Source of the DNA: Hormiphora californensis
Lineage: Eukaryota > Animalia > Ctenophora
NCBI GenBank assembly: GCA_020137815.1
Contig: CM035360.1
Span: 7,378,001-7,442,000, forward strand
Length of the DNA: 64,000 nt
Direction of reading: 5' to 3'
In this document: positions 52,429-64,000 of the stretch, in pieces
Layout: every line of letters begins with the position of its first letter
How positions within the stretch are numbered: the first letter of the stretch is position 1
Notes under the pieces: generated by a model
What the model was told of the DNA's origin: nothing
What the model saw: the letters and a program-made list of their open reading frames with translations, nothing else
The model's database searches: none
Position numbers and translations under genes: made by a program

Positions 52429-53487
52429 ATGAGTCACGGCACCGGGTCCTCCTCCCACAAGACGGTCCAGGGTCTGAGTGTCAACCAAGATGGGGCATGT
52501 TTCACTGTCGCCATGGATACTGGATACAGGGTCTACAACTTGGAACCATTAGCACCCCTCGCTCAGGGAAGTTTTGAGGAGTTCGGTTCAGTTCGTATTG
52601 TCCAGATGTTACACCGGACTAACCTGATAGCAATGGTCGGAGGGGGGTATCAGAGTAAATTTAGCGGGAAAATGTGCCGCATTTGGGATGCCGCTAAGAA
52701 ACAATTTGTCTTGGAATTCTCATTTGATTCTGTGATAAAGGCAGTGAGAATGACCCGGGATCGACTTGTTATCGTGCTCACAAATAAGATTTGTATATTC
52801 AGTTTCCCGGAGGACCCAAAACACCTCCAAACCCTTGAGACCAGGGCCAATATCCGGGGTATTTGTGAAGTATGTCCCTCGAATTCTGTAATGGTATACC
52901 CTGGTACCTGGGCGGGTAGCCTCCAAATATTCGATCTGACCACTGCAGGGGCAGCAGTTGGGGCCACCTCTACGCCACCTACCATTAACGCCCACAAGAC
53001 GGAACTACAGTGTGTGGCTCTGAACCACAGTGGTACAATGGCTGCCACAGCTAGTGGGAAGGGGACACTTATCCGGGTGTTTGATATGAGGTCCAGGCAG
53101 TTGATTATTGAGGTTAGGAGGGGTACAGACACTGCCACTGTTAATTGTATCACCTTCAATAGAGACAATACTTATCTGTGTGTTAGTAGCGATAAAGGGA
53201 CAGTCCATATATTTGCTATTAGAAATCCTGAACTAAATAAACGGATAACGGTAGCGAATGTTGGTTATCTGGGTAGCCAATGGGCCATGTCTAGTTTCAC
53301 ACTGAAATCAGAATGTTCTTCAGTCTGTGTATTTCCACCCCACTCCTCCGGTGCTGCTGTTAAAAATGCGGTGATAGCCCTGTGTTATGATGGTACCTAT
53401 CACAAGTATGTCTTCACAAAGGATGGGAACTGTAACAGAGAGGCGTATAATGTATTTCTGGATATCACACAGGACCTTGAGATATGA
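52429..53487 (+). CDS. WDR45: WD repeat phosphoinositide-interacting protein (WDR45/WIPI4-like PROPPIN); intronless
   Basis: NQDGACF, MLHRTNLIAMVGGG, ATASGKGTLIRVFD, EVRRGTD, SSDKGTVHIF, YHKYVFTKDGNCNREAY. Confidence 0.9.
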   Translation: MSHGTGSSSHKTVQGLSVNQDGACFTVAMDTGYRVYNLEPLAPLAQGSFEEFGSVRIVQMLHRTNLIAMVGGGYQSKFSGKMCRIWDAAKKQFVLEFSFDSVIKAVRMTRDRLVIVLTNKICIFSFPEDPKHLQTLETRANIRGICEVCPSNSVMVYPGTWAGSLQIFDLTTAGAAVGATSTPPTINAHKTELQCVALNHSGTMAATASGKGTLIRVFDMRSRQLIIEVRRGTDTATVNCITFNRDNTYLCVSSDKGTVHIFAIRNPELNKRITVANVGYLGSQWAMSSFTLKSECSSVCVFPPHSSGAAVKNAVIALCYDGTYHKYVFTKDGNCNREAYNVFLDITQDLEI

Positions 53488-53951
53488 GGGGTGTTTTGAT
53501 TTTCTGTTTGTTTCTAAATTTCTTTTGAACTTGTGACAGCTCAGATAATGTGTGTTACATGTATAATTACAGAGAGAGTTAGAGAGAGTTAGAGAGAGAG
53601 AGGGTACTGACTGTCAGAGAAGGCTGGATACTCCCTGCCATTGCAAGTCTGGGTAGTGTGATGTGAATTTGTTTGTTTGATTTTGTTAAGAATTTGTATG
53701 AATTGTAAACACAACATTTTAGCTGCTAATGTCCTGAGACAGTATTATATAGCAGTGTACTAAGAATTGTTTGACTGCCACCATTCTCTACCTCCTGATT
53801 TCTACACGCTTAGCTGCTGAGAAATCTCTCTTTCTCTCCCCCTCTCCAATCCCCTTCTCCTGAGATCATCCTCTCTGATCCTCTGTATTATCTGACCCTG
53901 TTTCATCATCATACATTTCAAGTTATCGTCTTGTATTCTAGTAGGTGCAGG

Positions 53952-55738
53952 ATGAATTACGACCAGTTGATTCAGAAGATTGGGGCGGCTGTATTTAAGA
54001 TTGGGTCCAATGTTAATAGTCTTCAGAAGCAGGTCTCTATTATTGGGACTCCCGGGGAAACACCCGCTCTTAGGGCACAGTGGGAGAAAAAGAAGGTAAG
54101 GATGCCCTATTTTGTTTTGAAACCGGTCCAAAAAGAAACATCTTCATCTGAATGTTACCATTTAATAATAGTTATATTATTAGTGAATTATCTCTCTCAG
54201 AATGAGATCCAGGCAGCGGTAGAGAGTACTAACACGATGATGAGACAAGTAACAGACATCTGCAAAGATTCACCTTCCCCACAGGAAGAGGTATCTATAT
54301 TAACATGTACTACAACTGTTTACTGTGAATATGGGACTTGGGTCACCCAAAATATGTGTATTTACAGCACTCGACTCATACAGTTCACGGTCATCCTCAA
54401 TAAATAGTTTTACGTTGTAGTTGATGAAAGTTTGAAACTTATGTTTTTAGTTTTACTGATTGTAGCAGTTGCTAAATTTGAAATGTTTGTCATTCGTCGT
54501 TGTTTGATAATCGTTTAATTCGTGTTTGTAACAAAATCAAACATGATAATTGTCTGGGAGTGGTACAATATTATGTTAACGCTATGTAGTGTCTCTTGCA
54601 GAAAACAAGGAAGATTCAGGTAGAGAGACTACGACAACAGTTTACAGATGCATTGAAACAGTACAAGAAATATCAGTCGGTAAGTTAATAGAGTGAGAGA
54701 GAGAGAGAGAGAGAGGGGGAGAGAAAGAGAGGGAGTGACAGAAAGGTGACATCACCACATATAATATAAATTCTTCAAAATTCTCCCACTCCCAAAAGAG
54801 GGTTCTAACCCCTGATATTCCCCCTAGATTGAGGCTGAGAAGGAGAGGGCAGCCCTGTCCCGAATGAGATCCCGAACTGCCTCCCTGCGTTCTGAGATCA
54901 CGAGACAGCCTGTTGTAGACACTCAGTATGCTGAGAACGACCAACTCGTAGATGATGATAACAGGTAACGCGCAGCAACTCCAAACTTATTAAAGTTCAC
55001 TCCTGCCAGCAAAAGGGTGGCGCGCGACCCACCGCGACTCTGAATATCTGGAGCGGCGATAAAAATGCTCCCTTTTTCGGCTGATAACAGTGTTTTGACA
55101 GGCAGCAAAAGTTGTCTGAGCTCCAGGAATTTCAAGATGAACTGGACACCACGACAGCTTTGATAAATGAGAGAGAAGAGGCAATCAGGCGATTAGAGGT
55201 TAGTAATGTTAAGATTGCATCAATCGATTATCATAAAAAGAGATTACTATAACGTTTTGCTTTGCAAAAGGATGTTATTTGATAATATGTATTTGTTTCA
55301 GACTGATATGGTTACAGTTAATGAAATGTTCCGAGAGATTGGTGCTATGGTATATGAACAAGGCGATATGATCGGTATGTTACAACATCCTGTCACCATT
55401 AGATTGTCACCCTCTATTCCTCCCACTACAACAACACGTTATAATTCCTAGAATAAGGATCGGTTGATTGATTATCAGCCACATAATCAGTGAATAATCA
55501 AGTGAGAAATCAAGATTTATTCACAAGTTATAATTCCATTAAACCTCCCCCAGATAATATCGAGGCGAATGTGGAAGTAGCGCACCAGCGAGTGGAAGAA
55601 GGAACAGCGGAGGTGGTGAAGGCTTCTCAATACCAAAACAAATACAGAAAAAAGGTGTTCATCCTTCTGGGGATTGTAACGATAGCCGCTGTTGTTATTG
55701 GTCTGGTTATCTATCTGTCTACAAAGGGGAAGAAATGA
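53952..55738 (+). CDS. Endosomal syntaxin (STX7/STX12-like), about 7 exons
   Basis: Habc helices; SNARE motif EREEAIRRLE/TDMVTVNEMFREIGAMVYEQGDMI/DNIEANVE; C-terminal TM. Confidence 0.88.
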
Positions 55739-56768
55739 CACTGATTATATGATGAGATGATTGTTTTGTGTGTGTATATAACGTGGTAGAGGGTTGATTA
55801 AAGAGACGCTAATGAGGACGTTAATGTTGGTGTAACAGCTGATTGATGATCGAACGCGAAGGGAATTAATAATTATTTTTACCGTGTGCAAATCGTGTCA
55901 CAAAAGACTCCTAAGGTAGAGTGAATAAAATTCTTTCCTTGAATTTGAACACTGAACAGGTGTATTTGATTTCCATGGGCAAGTTTGCAATAGATCGATG
56001 TTATGTTTGATGTACAACTATCGATGTGTGAATCCTCCTGGCCTCTCAGACTACTGAGACACTATTCGAAGGAGGGTTTTAACAGCAGCTGTGGTTGTGA
56101 GCATGGTGTACAATTTTTATCTTTTTGAGTGTATTTTGTGTAAAATGTATACAACGCCGTTAAATAATTGGGCAGAATTTGTAATGATACAAGTGGAGCA
56201 TTACCAAATATCTTGAGTTGGTGTGATTCCCTGGCTGTGTATTTTAGTTATCTTTCGTTGAAATCTTCAAAATCCTTCCAGATTTGCTCAAATAAGATGA
56301 CTTAAAGCCATGGCCTGGAAAATACCACCACTCAAGTCGTTTAAAATGAACTCTGTTTATGTGTTTCTGCGTGTCAGTGTGTGAAGTATAACACACGCCC
56401 TGTTTTTGTGATAATCTCTCCTTTATATTGATACATTCTTCACACCCCCAAAAACTATGCTGTTTTGAATTTGTTAGAAGTTGAATACCGACAAGGTGTC
56501 AATTAGAAAGGTACTGTCTGTTGGCTCCAGACCCTGTTATAATTCTCGAAATCGACAGTGTGCTCAGATCGGGTCGGTGCCGCCAAATAAATGCTATCAG
56601 CTATGATCGGGGTGGATTCGTAGTCTGGTCCAACTCTAACCTTCGCAGTGACGAGGCTGTCGGTTATATCTGTCCTAATTGATGTACAATGTACCTAATC
56701 CACATGTACCACTACCAGGACGTGGTAAAGTACAGAACTGTCATCATGCTATTGTAGCTACGTACTGG

Positions 56769-57471
56769 AAACCTCCCAGAGCCATTTCAAACCTAATTTC
56801 CAGTTCCACAAACCTCCCAGAGTCATTTCAAACCTAATTTCCAGTTCCACAAACCTCCCAGAGCCATTTCAAACCTAATTTCCAGTTCCACAAACCTCCC
56901 AGAGCCATTTCAAACCTAATTTCCAGTTCCACAAACCTCCCAGAGCCATTTCAAACCTAATTTCCAGTTCCACAAACCTCCCAGAGCCATTTCAAACCTA
57001 ATTTCCAGTTCCACAAACCTCCCAGAGCCATTTCAAACCTAATTTCCAGTCCCACAAACCTCCCAGAGCCATTTCAAACCTAATTTCCAGTTCCACAAAC
57101 CTCCCAGAGCCATTTCAAACCTAATTTCCAGTTCCACAAACCTCCCAGAGCCATTTCAAACCTAATTTCCAGTTCCACAAACCTCCCAGAGCCATTTCAA
57201 ACCTAATTTCCAGTTCCACAAACCTCCCAGAGCCATTTCAAACCTAATTTCCAGTTCCACAAACCTCCCAGAGCCATTTCAAACCTAATTTCCAGTTCCA
57301 CAAACCTCCCAGAGTCATTTCAAACCTAATTTCCAGTTCCACAAACCTCCCAGAGCCATTTCAAACCTAATTTCCAGTTCCACAAACCTCCCAGAGCCAT
57401 TTCAAACCTAATTTCCAGTTCCACAAACCTCCCAGTTTCCCAGTTCAAACCTAATTTCCAGTTCCACAAAC
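56769..57471 (+). repeat. 41-bp minisatellite (AAACCTCCCAGAGCCATTTCAAACCTAATTTCCAGTTCCAC), about 17 copies
   Basis: Near-identical direct repeats without spacers. Confidence 0.96.
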
Positions 57472-58338
57472 ACCTTGAACTGTTGACAGCAGCTGTCTTC
57501 TGACAATGTTAACTTTTAACCTGTTTCCGGGTTACTTCTGGGCGTGTGAGGAGAGAGAGAGGGTCGAGAGCAGGGCACAACACGTCATCCTGCTGCAGTT
57601 GTCGGGGCATGTGCCATGTTGATAATGTATTTCCTTCCCTTCATCGGATGAGTCATCTGCATCATCAGCTCTCAGTTTCATTTGGTTGTCTCAGAACACT
57701 GTAGAAGTTGTCAAGTTGTCAATGACAAGCTATCGGCTGTCGGCTGTCCCTCTCTTTTTCTCACACTGTGTTTAACAGCTATAATAATGAGTGTGCACTG
57801 TGCGATCGTCACACTCTCTGAGACTGAGCGCGCGGGCACGTGCAGCAGGCAGCTCGTGGCAAAGATAAGGAGTTCACATTCGACGTTCGTACAGTTACTG
57901 TTGGTTGTGTGTTGTGTTGCTCACACCGATCCCTTTTATTTGTTGGTATCGAAGACACCTTCGCACGCCGGCAAGGGAGCGAGGGGTAACTTCGTTACCA
58001 AATCCTTTTGAGGGTTTGGTAGATCAAGTGCTGCTGCAGATCTGTGTTTGTATTGATTTTGATTCTCTGGAGCCCTCTACCACTAGTAGTAGTAGTGGAA
58101 CTAACTACCAGTTAATTTCTGGCACAAACTACAAAACCTGGTTTCCCATATATTTCTCGATCAGTGAATCAGAATAGTGGGCTCTCACAATCCCGTGCTT
58201 CACTGTGTATTAGGATAGCAGTTGTTACACTTGTTTCACTTTCCGTATGTGTGTGATAAAGAGAGACTCTCTATTAGACTCTATTCGACTCTCTATTAGA
58301 GAGAGTAAGAGAGAGGGAGATGGAGAGAGAGAGAGAGT

Positions 58339-58381
<43 letters not shown>

Positions 58382-59245
58382 AGAGAGAGATTAGAGAACA
58401 CACGTGTCATGATGTTTGCAGAAAGTCTCCTCGATAGTCGTTACCGGTAGTCGGTAACTAACCTCTCCAATTTTGTACGCTATAGCTATTTGCTGATAGT
58501 CTGGTACAGTATTTGGCTGCTATGCCCATTGAGCCAGCCCTACGGTATGTTGTTTCAACTGTGAAGGGTGATGTGAGAGACTGCACTATCTATAATTGAT
58601 GATAGTGTCCTTCCAATTTGGGCATTGTTTGTATTGGTGACACGTGTATCTATTTCACTGTTTTACTGTCCCTTGAAGTGGTACTTCCGCTACTTTCGGC
58701 TATTGCTTATTATGGAGGAGCTGTGTATCTTCAGATAGTAGATATCCTCTCTTTTCGTCTAGTAGCGAGCTCAGTTCAACACTACTACGACACAGATAGT
58801 ATAGCTGTCAGATACTCCCGTTCAACTGATAATGTGCAGTAATGTGATCTATATACTACCTGGTAGTTACCACCACACAGCAGCTTGTTGAGTAACAAAC
58901 AGTAGCAGGAATTACTCCTCAAATACCCTGCATAGACGATAAGCTGATTTAGTAATGCAGCCACAGTTAGAACATGTGCTGCAGTGTAAATCCAAAACCA
59001 GGGCAAAACTGTGTCATATGTTTAAACGGCACACGTACTGTTGTTCTGAAAGAGGTTGTAACTGCACAATAGGAGAGCTCAGTTCCATTGTAACAGCTTC
59101 CCTGTGTTGTCTGTAATGAATTCTGTGGTCAAATGCAGAACTACCACCAGCAAGGTTATATGTACTTCGTGGCTACTGCATGCAGCCAATGCTGTCATGT
59201 GGGCTGGTTATAAACAATGAACACGTGCCGTCGTGCCCTTTGTAT

Positions 59246-59370
<125 letters not shown>

Positions 59371-60369
59371 TAGCAGTGGCAACTTGACATTTAACAATGA
59401 ACAAGCAGCAAAATTCCTCTCCCTTTTACCGATTCCTCTTGCCATACAACGTAGTATATAAATCTCCCTCTCTCCTGCTCTCTCTCCATCCATGTCTCTT
59501 GATCTTGCGACTTGCTACTATGCAGACAACATCCTTTAATGGCCGTGCCAGCCTCTCTTGACTCTTAAACAATAGTCAATACCGATATCAGTATGTGACA
59601 CTGCCGACAACGTGCCTTACAATTATATCTGAGATTCTGATCACTTTACTCAAAGCTCACTAAGAACCTCACTGAGAGAGTGATGCAGTTGCCATATGTT
59701 ACAGCTGCCATTTGCAAGTGCCATTTTTGCCTCCTGGAAGAATGATTAATTCATGAATCTCCCCTTCATTTCTACACCCATAAAATGAACCTTGCATGCT
59801 TAAGGCATATGAACACCGACTCCATCTCTCGCTTGCAGTATAATACAGTTCAATAGTTCATGTGGACTGGTATCATTTTGTGAATACGATAGTCCACTTA
59901 TTAGAGTAAAAGAACTTTGGTCCAAAATCAAATAGCATGCCCCTTTTTCTAATTACTGTATCATAAAGTGTATGAGTCTGACAAAGAGAGAAGCTCCCAA
60001 TTTCCGTTTCACAATAAAATTCTTTGGAAGTATAAACAGCAACACATTGGTACTGAAAATTTCACACATCAAGATACGAGATGTGTGAGTTGCATATAAA
60101 AAACAACTGTCCCGCATGTTGATTTGCCTCCTTTAAATTGGAAAATGAGACTTTATCAATTACACACACGGAATTAACAGCAGCTGCAGAACTCACTGAA
60201 TCAGTTTGTAATTGTTGACACCAGCTTTGGAGCTTCTTTCGATGGGCCAGCCAACGAATAAGGAGGGTTGCCTTTATTAGTACCTAACACAACGTCAATA
60301 AGTGGTTTCAGATCGTTATAATATTCGGCACTGTCACCTTGGAGCTCTGCCTCACCATAATCCAAATCT

Positions 60370-62305
60370 CACCAGAAATCACCCGGATAGTGTTCTGAAA
60401 GATTCAGTCTCTCTCCCCTGATATCACGTATTAACACTCAGTTCTCATCTCTCACCATCCCCTAATAGTGACCCTCTCCTGTTCATTAGTATCGACCTCC
60501 TTGTGGGGAGCGGTTACATCTGCCCCTACTGTCCGTTTGTGTTTCTGGCTCCATTTTAAACAGGCCACTATGACTAGGAAGGTAAATATAGCGAGAAGGA
60601 TGGCGAACACGACCCATAGAACAGTTTCTATCTCCTCATTATCTCGCATCTTCTTTAAACCTGGAGGAGGAGTAGAGTTAGAAATTAGTGGGGCTTGAGG
60701 GAGGAGTAGAGTTAGGGGACAATTTTTCTAACCAATGATAATTGAAAGTGGGAAAACGGGCAAAATTTTGTCTGGGTGATCAAAAAGTAATGATCAAAAT
60801 TCGAAACAATTTTTGCCAAAAGTTTGGGGAGAATTCCCCCCTGTTTTTTTTGGTTTTTGTTTTTTCTGCCAGTGCCGGCTACCGCCAAGCCTCCCTACGT
60901 GGGGAGGCCCCCACTGTTGCGTCTCCTAGAACGCTTCCACTGTTGCGTCCCCTAGAACGCCTCCACTGTTGCGTCCCGTAGAACGCCTCCACTGTTGCGT
61001 CCCCTAGAACACCCCCACTGTTGCGTCCCCTAGAACACCCCCACTGTTGCGTCCCCTTGAACGCTTCCACTGTTGCGTCCCCTAGAGCGCCTCCACTGTT
61101 GCGTCCCCTATAGAACACTTCCACTGTTGCGTCCCCTAGAACGCCTCCACTGTTGCGTCCCCTAGAACTGAGGCCAGTGCCCCCCTTGTTGAGTTTCGGT
61201 CCACTCCTGAAGCGGCCGGCCCCGAAGGGCAATCCTTCTATCTTACCCTCCTTTATATACCATCGAAGTGTTATAGAAACTTTCCTTTCCAGTTTGAGAC
61301 TAAAAGTTGCACCAAATATGGGCTGATGAGGTCAAATAACACGTGTCCGCATTACTCCCGATTGGGTTTCAGTAAATACCACGCATCTACTAGAATTCAG
61401 ATTTCAGAGTCTCAGGCCCTTTTCCTCGGCTCTCTAATTTGCATTAGATAGTTAGGTAGCTAAAGCTAAGCACATCCTAAAATCACTAAAGTTACTATCC
61501 ATGTCTGCTGATCGGTTATCGTTTAACAGCCTACTTCTGGTGCTGAGTCGGCATGTTTAGTGCAGCTGTTAGTATCTCAATTTTGTGTGTTTATGCCCGA
61601 ACCACTGTCTGCAGATGAGATATTATCTTAGCACCTGCGTCCTGCATGTTCTTCTAGCTCTACAGTTTTTCCCCTGTTGGTACCACGTCAGTGAACACAC
61701 AGCTGCTATTGCTATACTACAGCTGGGGTCTGGGGATTCCCGATCACAGCTGCTGTAGCTGGCTATGCAGTGGTGGCACCACCAGAAAATGAAGCCTTCA
61801 CACGAGGATAGAGACTAGACTTGGAAAGTCTTCACACGTGAATTGGAAGGTATAGCAGCCTCCACATACACACGAGGGACCAGGTACAGCTGCATGTCAG
61901 CAGGGACACCTTGAGGTATTAGAGTAGTGGTCACGGGTAGCTAGTGGTGTCATGCTGCATAGAGTCGCATAGTATGTGCATAATTAATATACGCTGCTAG
62001 CTGTAGTAATACATCTCACTGGCAGAATATAGTAAAGCATCGGAGAGTCGCTTGACTCCCCTCTAGGCCGGCTACTATTATAGTATATAACTTATATATA
62101 ACTTATATGACATGTCTACTGATCTCTCAAAGTCGGACCAAAATTTCTCAACGACCGTACCCGTTTCAACTATTATATTTACCTGACTTGTTGGCCGTAT
62201 TTTCCACTCCGTTTGGTACGCTCTCTCCCAATGCTTGTCTTCTAATCTGCATCTTTATTGCATCACCTTGTTTTGTAAAGTCTCCTTCTTCATTGAAAAC
62301 ATGAC
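60370..62305 (-). CDS. 3' exons of an unknown single-pass membrane protein; upstream exons not identified
   Basis: Exon ~62184-62305 (HVFNEEGDFTKQ...) with a GTAAAT donor joins exon ~60456-60661, which encodes a TM segment (VLWVVFAILLAIFTFLVIVACL) followed by basic KWSQKHKR. Confidence 0.5.
60910..61167 (+). repeat. 26-bp minisatellite (CCACTGTTGCGTCCCCTAGAACGCCT), about 10 copies
   Basis: Direct inspection. Confidence 0.92.
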
Positions 62306-63593
62306 TGTAAAATGGGGGGATTATATGCAACACTGCAATTGTATGCAACCCACCCAGAGAGACATGCAAATGTTGTAGAGACAGAGAGAGAAAGATAGAG
62401 GCTATATAATATAGAGACACAGAGAAGGCGGAATTTAACTGATGATGTTGATCAATTGAACTAGATCCATATCCGTTTCCTAATTGTACAATTGTAGTAT
62501 CTGAGTTAATTTAATTAGATCTGTAGCTGTGTTTAAAATATCAAAACGGTGAGATAAGAGAGGGATCATATGTGGTTACGTAGATTACAGAAAAGTAAGT
62601 ATAAACGTGAGAAACAAGATAAAGTTATGTCATTACGAGATTTAAGAAAATTAGATACACTATATCATACAGATATGACCACGAATTAAAATTATAATCG
62701 ATGATGAAACTGAAAATTAAAAACGAGCTTAGCTTAGATCTTTCAAGGATACTGACATTATAGTTATACACCGGATATTGATAGTTTCGACATTTGTTCT
62801 GATATTAGATATACAGTCGCACCCTGATTTACCGGTATAATACTCGGTGGAAAGGGAATTTCCCGGTAAATCGGGGTCCGATTGAATTCGGTATGTTCCC
62901 TGTCAACGCCCAGATTTTGTGATATATTTTCTGTTGATGACAGCCCGCCCTTCTGCAGTACTGCACATATTTCCCTCCCAAAAGTGACTTGCAATTTAGC
63001 TGACAGCGAAAGATAGAGAGAGAGAGAGAGAGAGAGATAAAGAGAGCTCTTGCAGCTGTTATTAGTAGTCACAGTTGTTTGTACAGTAATGTTTTTATGG
63101 GTGGCATGGGGAGGGGGGCGGGGGAGAGCGCTCATGTAGAATTAGAATTAAACAAATTAAACAATGTTTGATGCTGAGAGTTCTCAGTTGTTCTTGCGCT
63201 CTTGCACAAACACGTCAGATGAAATATTGAAATTAATTAAACAAATTTATAACAGTAATGATGGAATGTGTCTGATCTAAAAGCTTACACTTTTTCACTT
63301 TGATATATCATGATATAACGCTGTTTTGTTGCTGTTTACCCAATCATACTCATGGCCATTTGTATGCTTTGAATATTTGTTGTGAACCTATCGAAATTAC
63401 AAGTTGCTAGAGTGTTTTTTAATTTGCCTGCTGGTCGTGATAATGACATGTGTATTAAGTTTTAGATATAACAAAAGAATTAAATAACTAGATGTAAGCT
63501 GAGATAAAACTTCAAAGCAAAACAGAAAGACTGGACGAGAGCCGAAAGGGTAGCGCGAGCGGTCATACAAAAAAGGGAATCGCATAATAATAA

Positions 63594-63706
<113 letters not shown>

Positions 63707-64000
63707 CCTCTTTCTCTCTCTCTCCCTCTTTCTCTCTCTCTCTCTCTCATCCCATATTACTTCGCTTCCTCTTTTTGATTTTATGAGGTAACCATGACAA
63801 CACGCTGTGTGTTGGGTCGGCTAGAATTATAACTAACTTATGGCAGATCACGGCCGGAGAAAAATAAGATTAATATCATACCCTCAGGTTATAAGTCTGA
63901 GTCTTTACTATAGAAAGAAATTAGTCTTGGCTTGTTACTCAACTCAAGTCTTGGTTCATGAATCTTCCCTCTCTGGTTCCCTTTTCTACCTAACTCAAAA

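Noticed and set aside
56769-57471. CRISPR-like array of 41-bp repeats
   Set aside because: No spacers; a simple VNTR.
60207-60372. Possible stop-codon readthrough extension (DLDYGEAELQG...) of the membrane-protein gene
   Set aside because: The exon structure is uncertain and the assembly shows indel errors elsewhere, so it cannot be supported without transcripts.

Overview
Eukaryotic (animal) genomic DNA with compact introns and many (GA)n tracts and MITEs. The interspersed repeat families look, from memory only, like those of the ctenophore Pleurobrachia; this taxon call is unverified. Two large minus-strand ciliary genes (a DNAH5/8-like dynein heavy chain and LRRC9) each sit head-to-head with a tightly packed plus-strand gene cluster: DCAF13-NKAP-FBL-RPL37-RPS7, and eIF4E-RBM34-SF3B6-SFT2-AAR2-WDR45-STX7/12. 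Both clusters look like trans-spliced operons. LRRC9 introns host four nested genes: MATE, a GNAT/SAT-like acetyltransferase, an unknown secreted Cys-rich protein, and ENT. The most notable observations are (1) a tandemly duplicated, apparently mutually exclusive exon encoding the cap-binding PMWED segment of eIF4E, (2) a 3.7-kb non-autonomous Polinton/Maverick-like element with AGTAGT termini and a 6-bp TSD, inserted in a minisatellite made of repeated 3' splice acceptors, and (3) a recurring TAATTTATT motif plus outron-like acceptors between the clustered genes. Exon boundaries were read by eye and no database searches were run.
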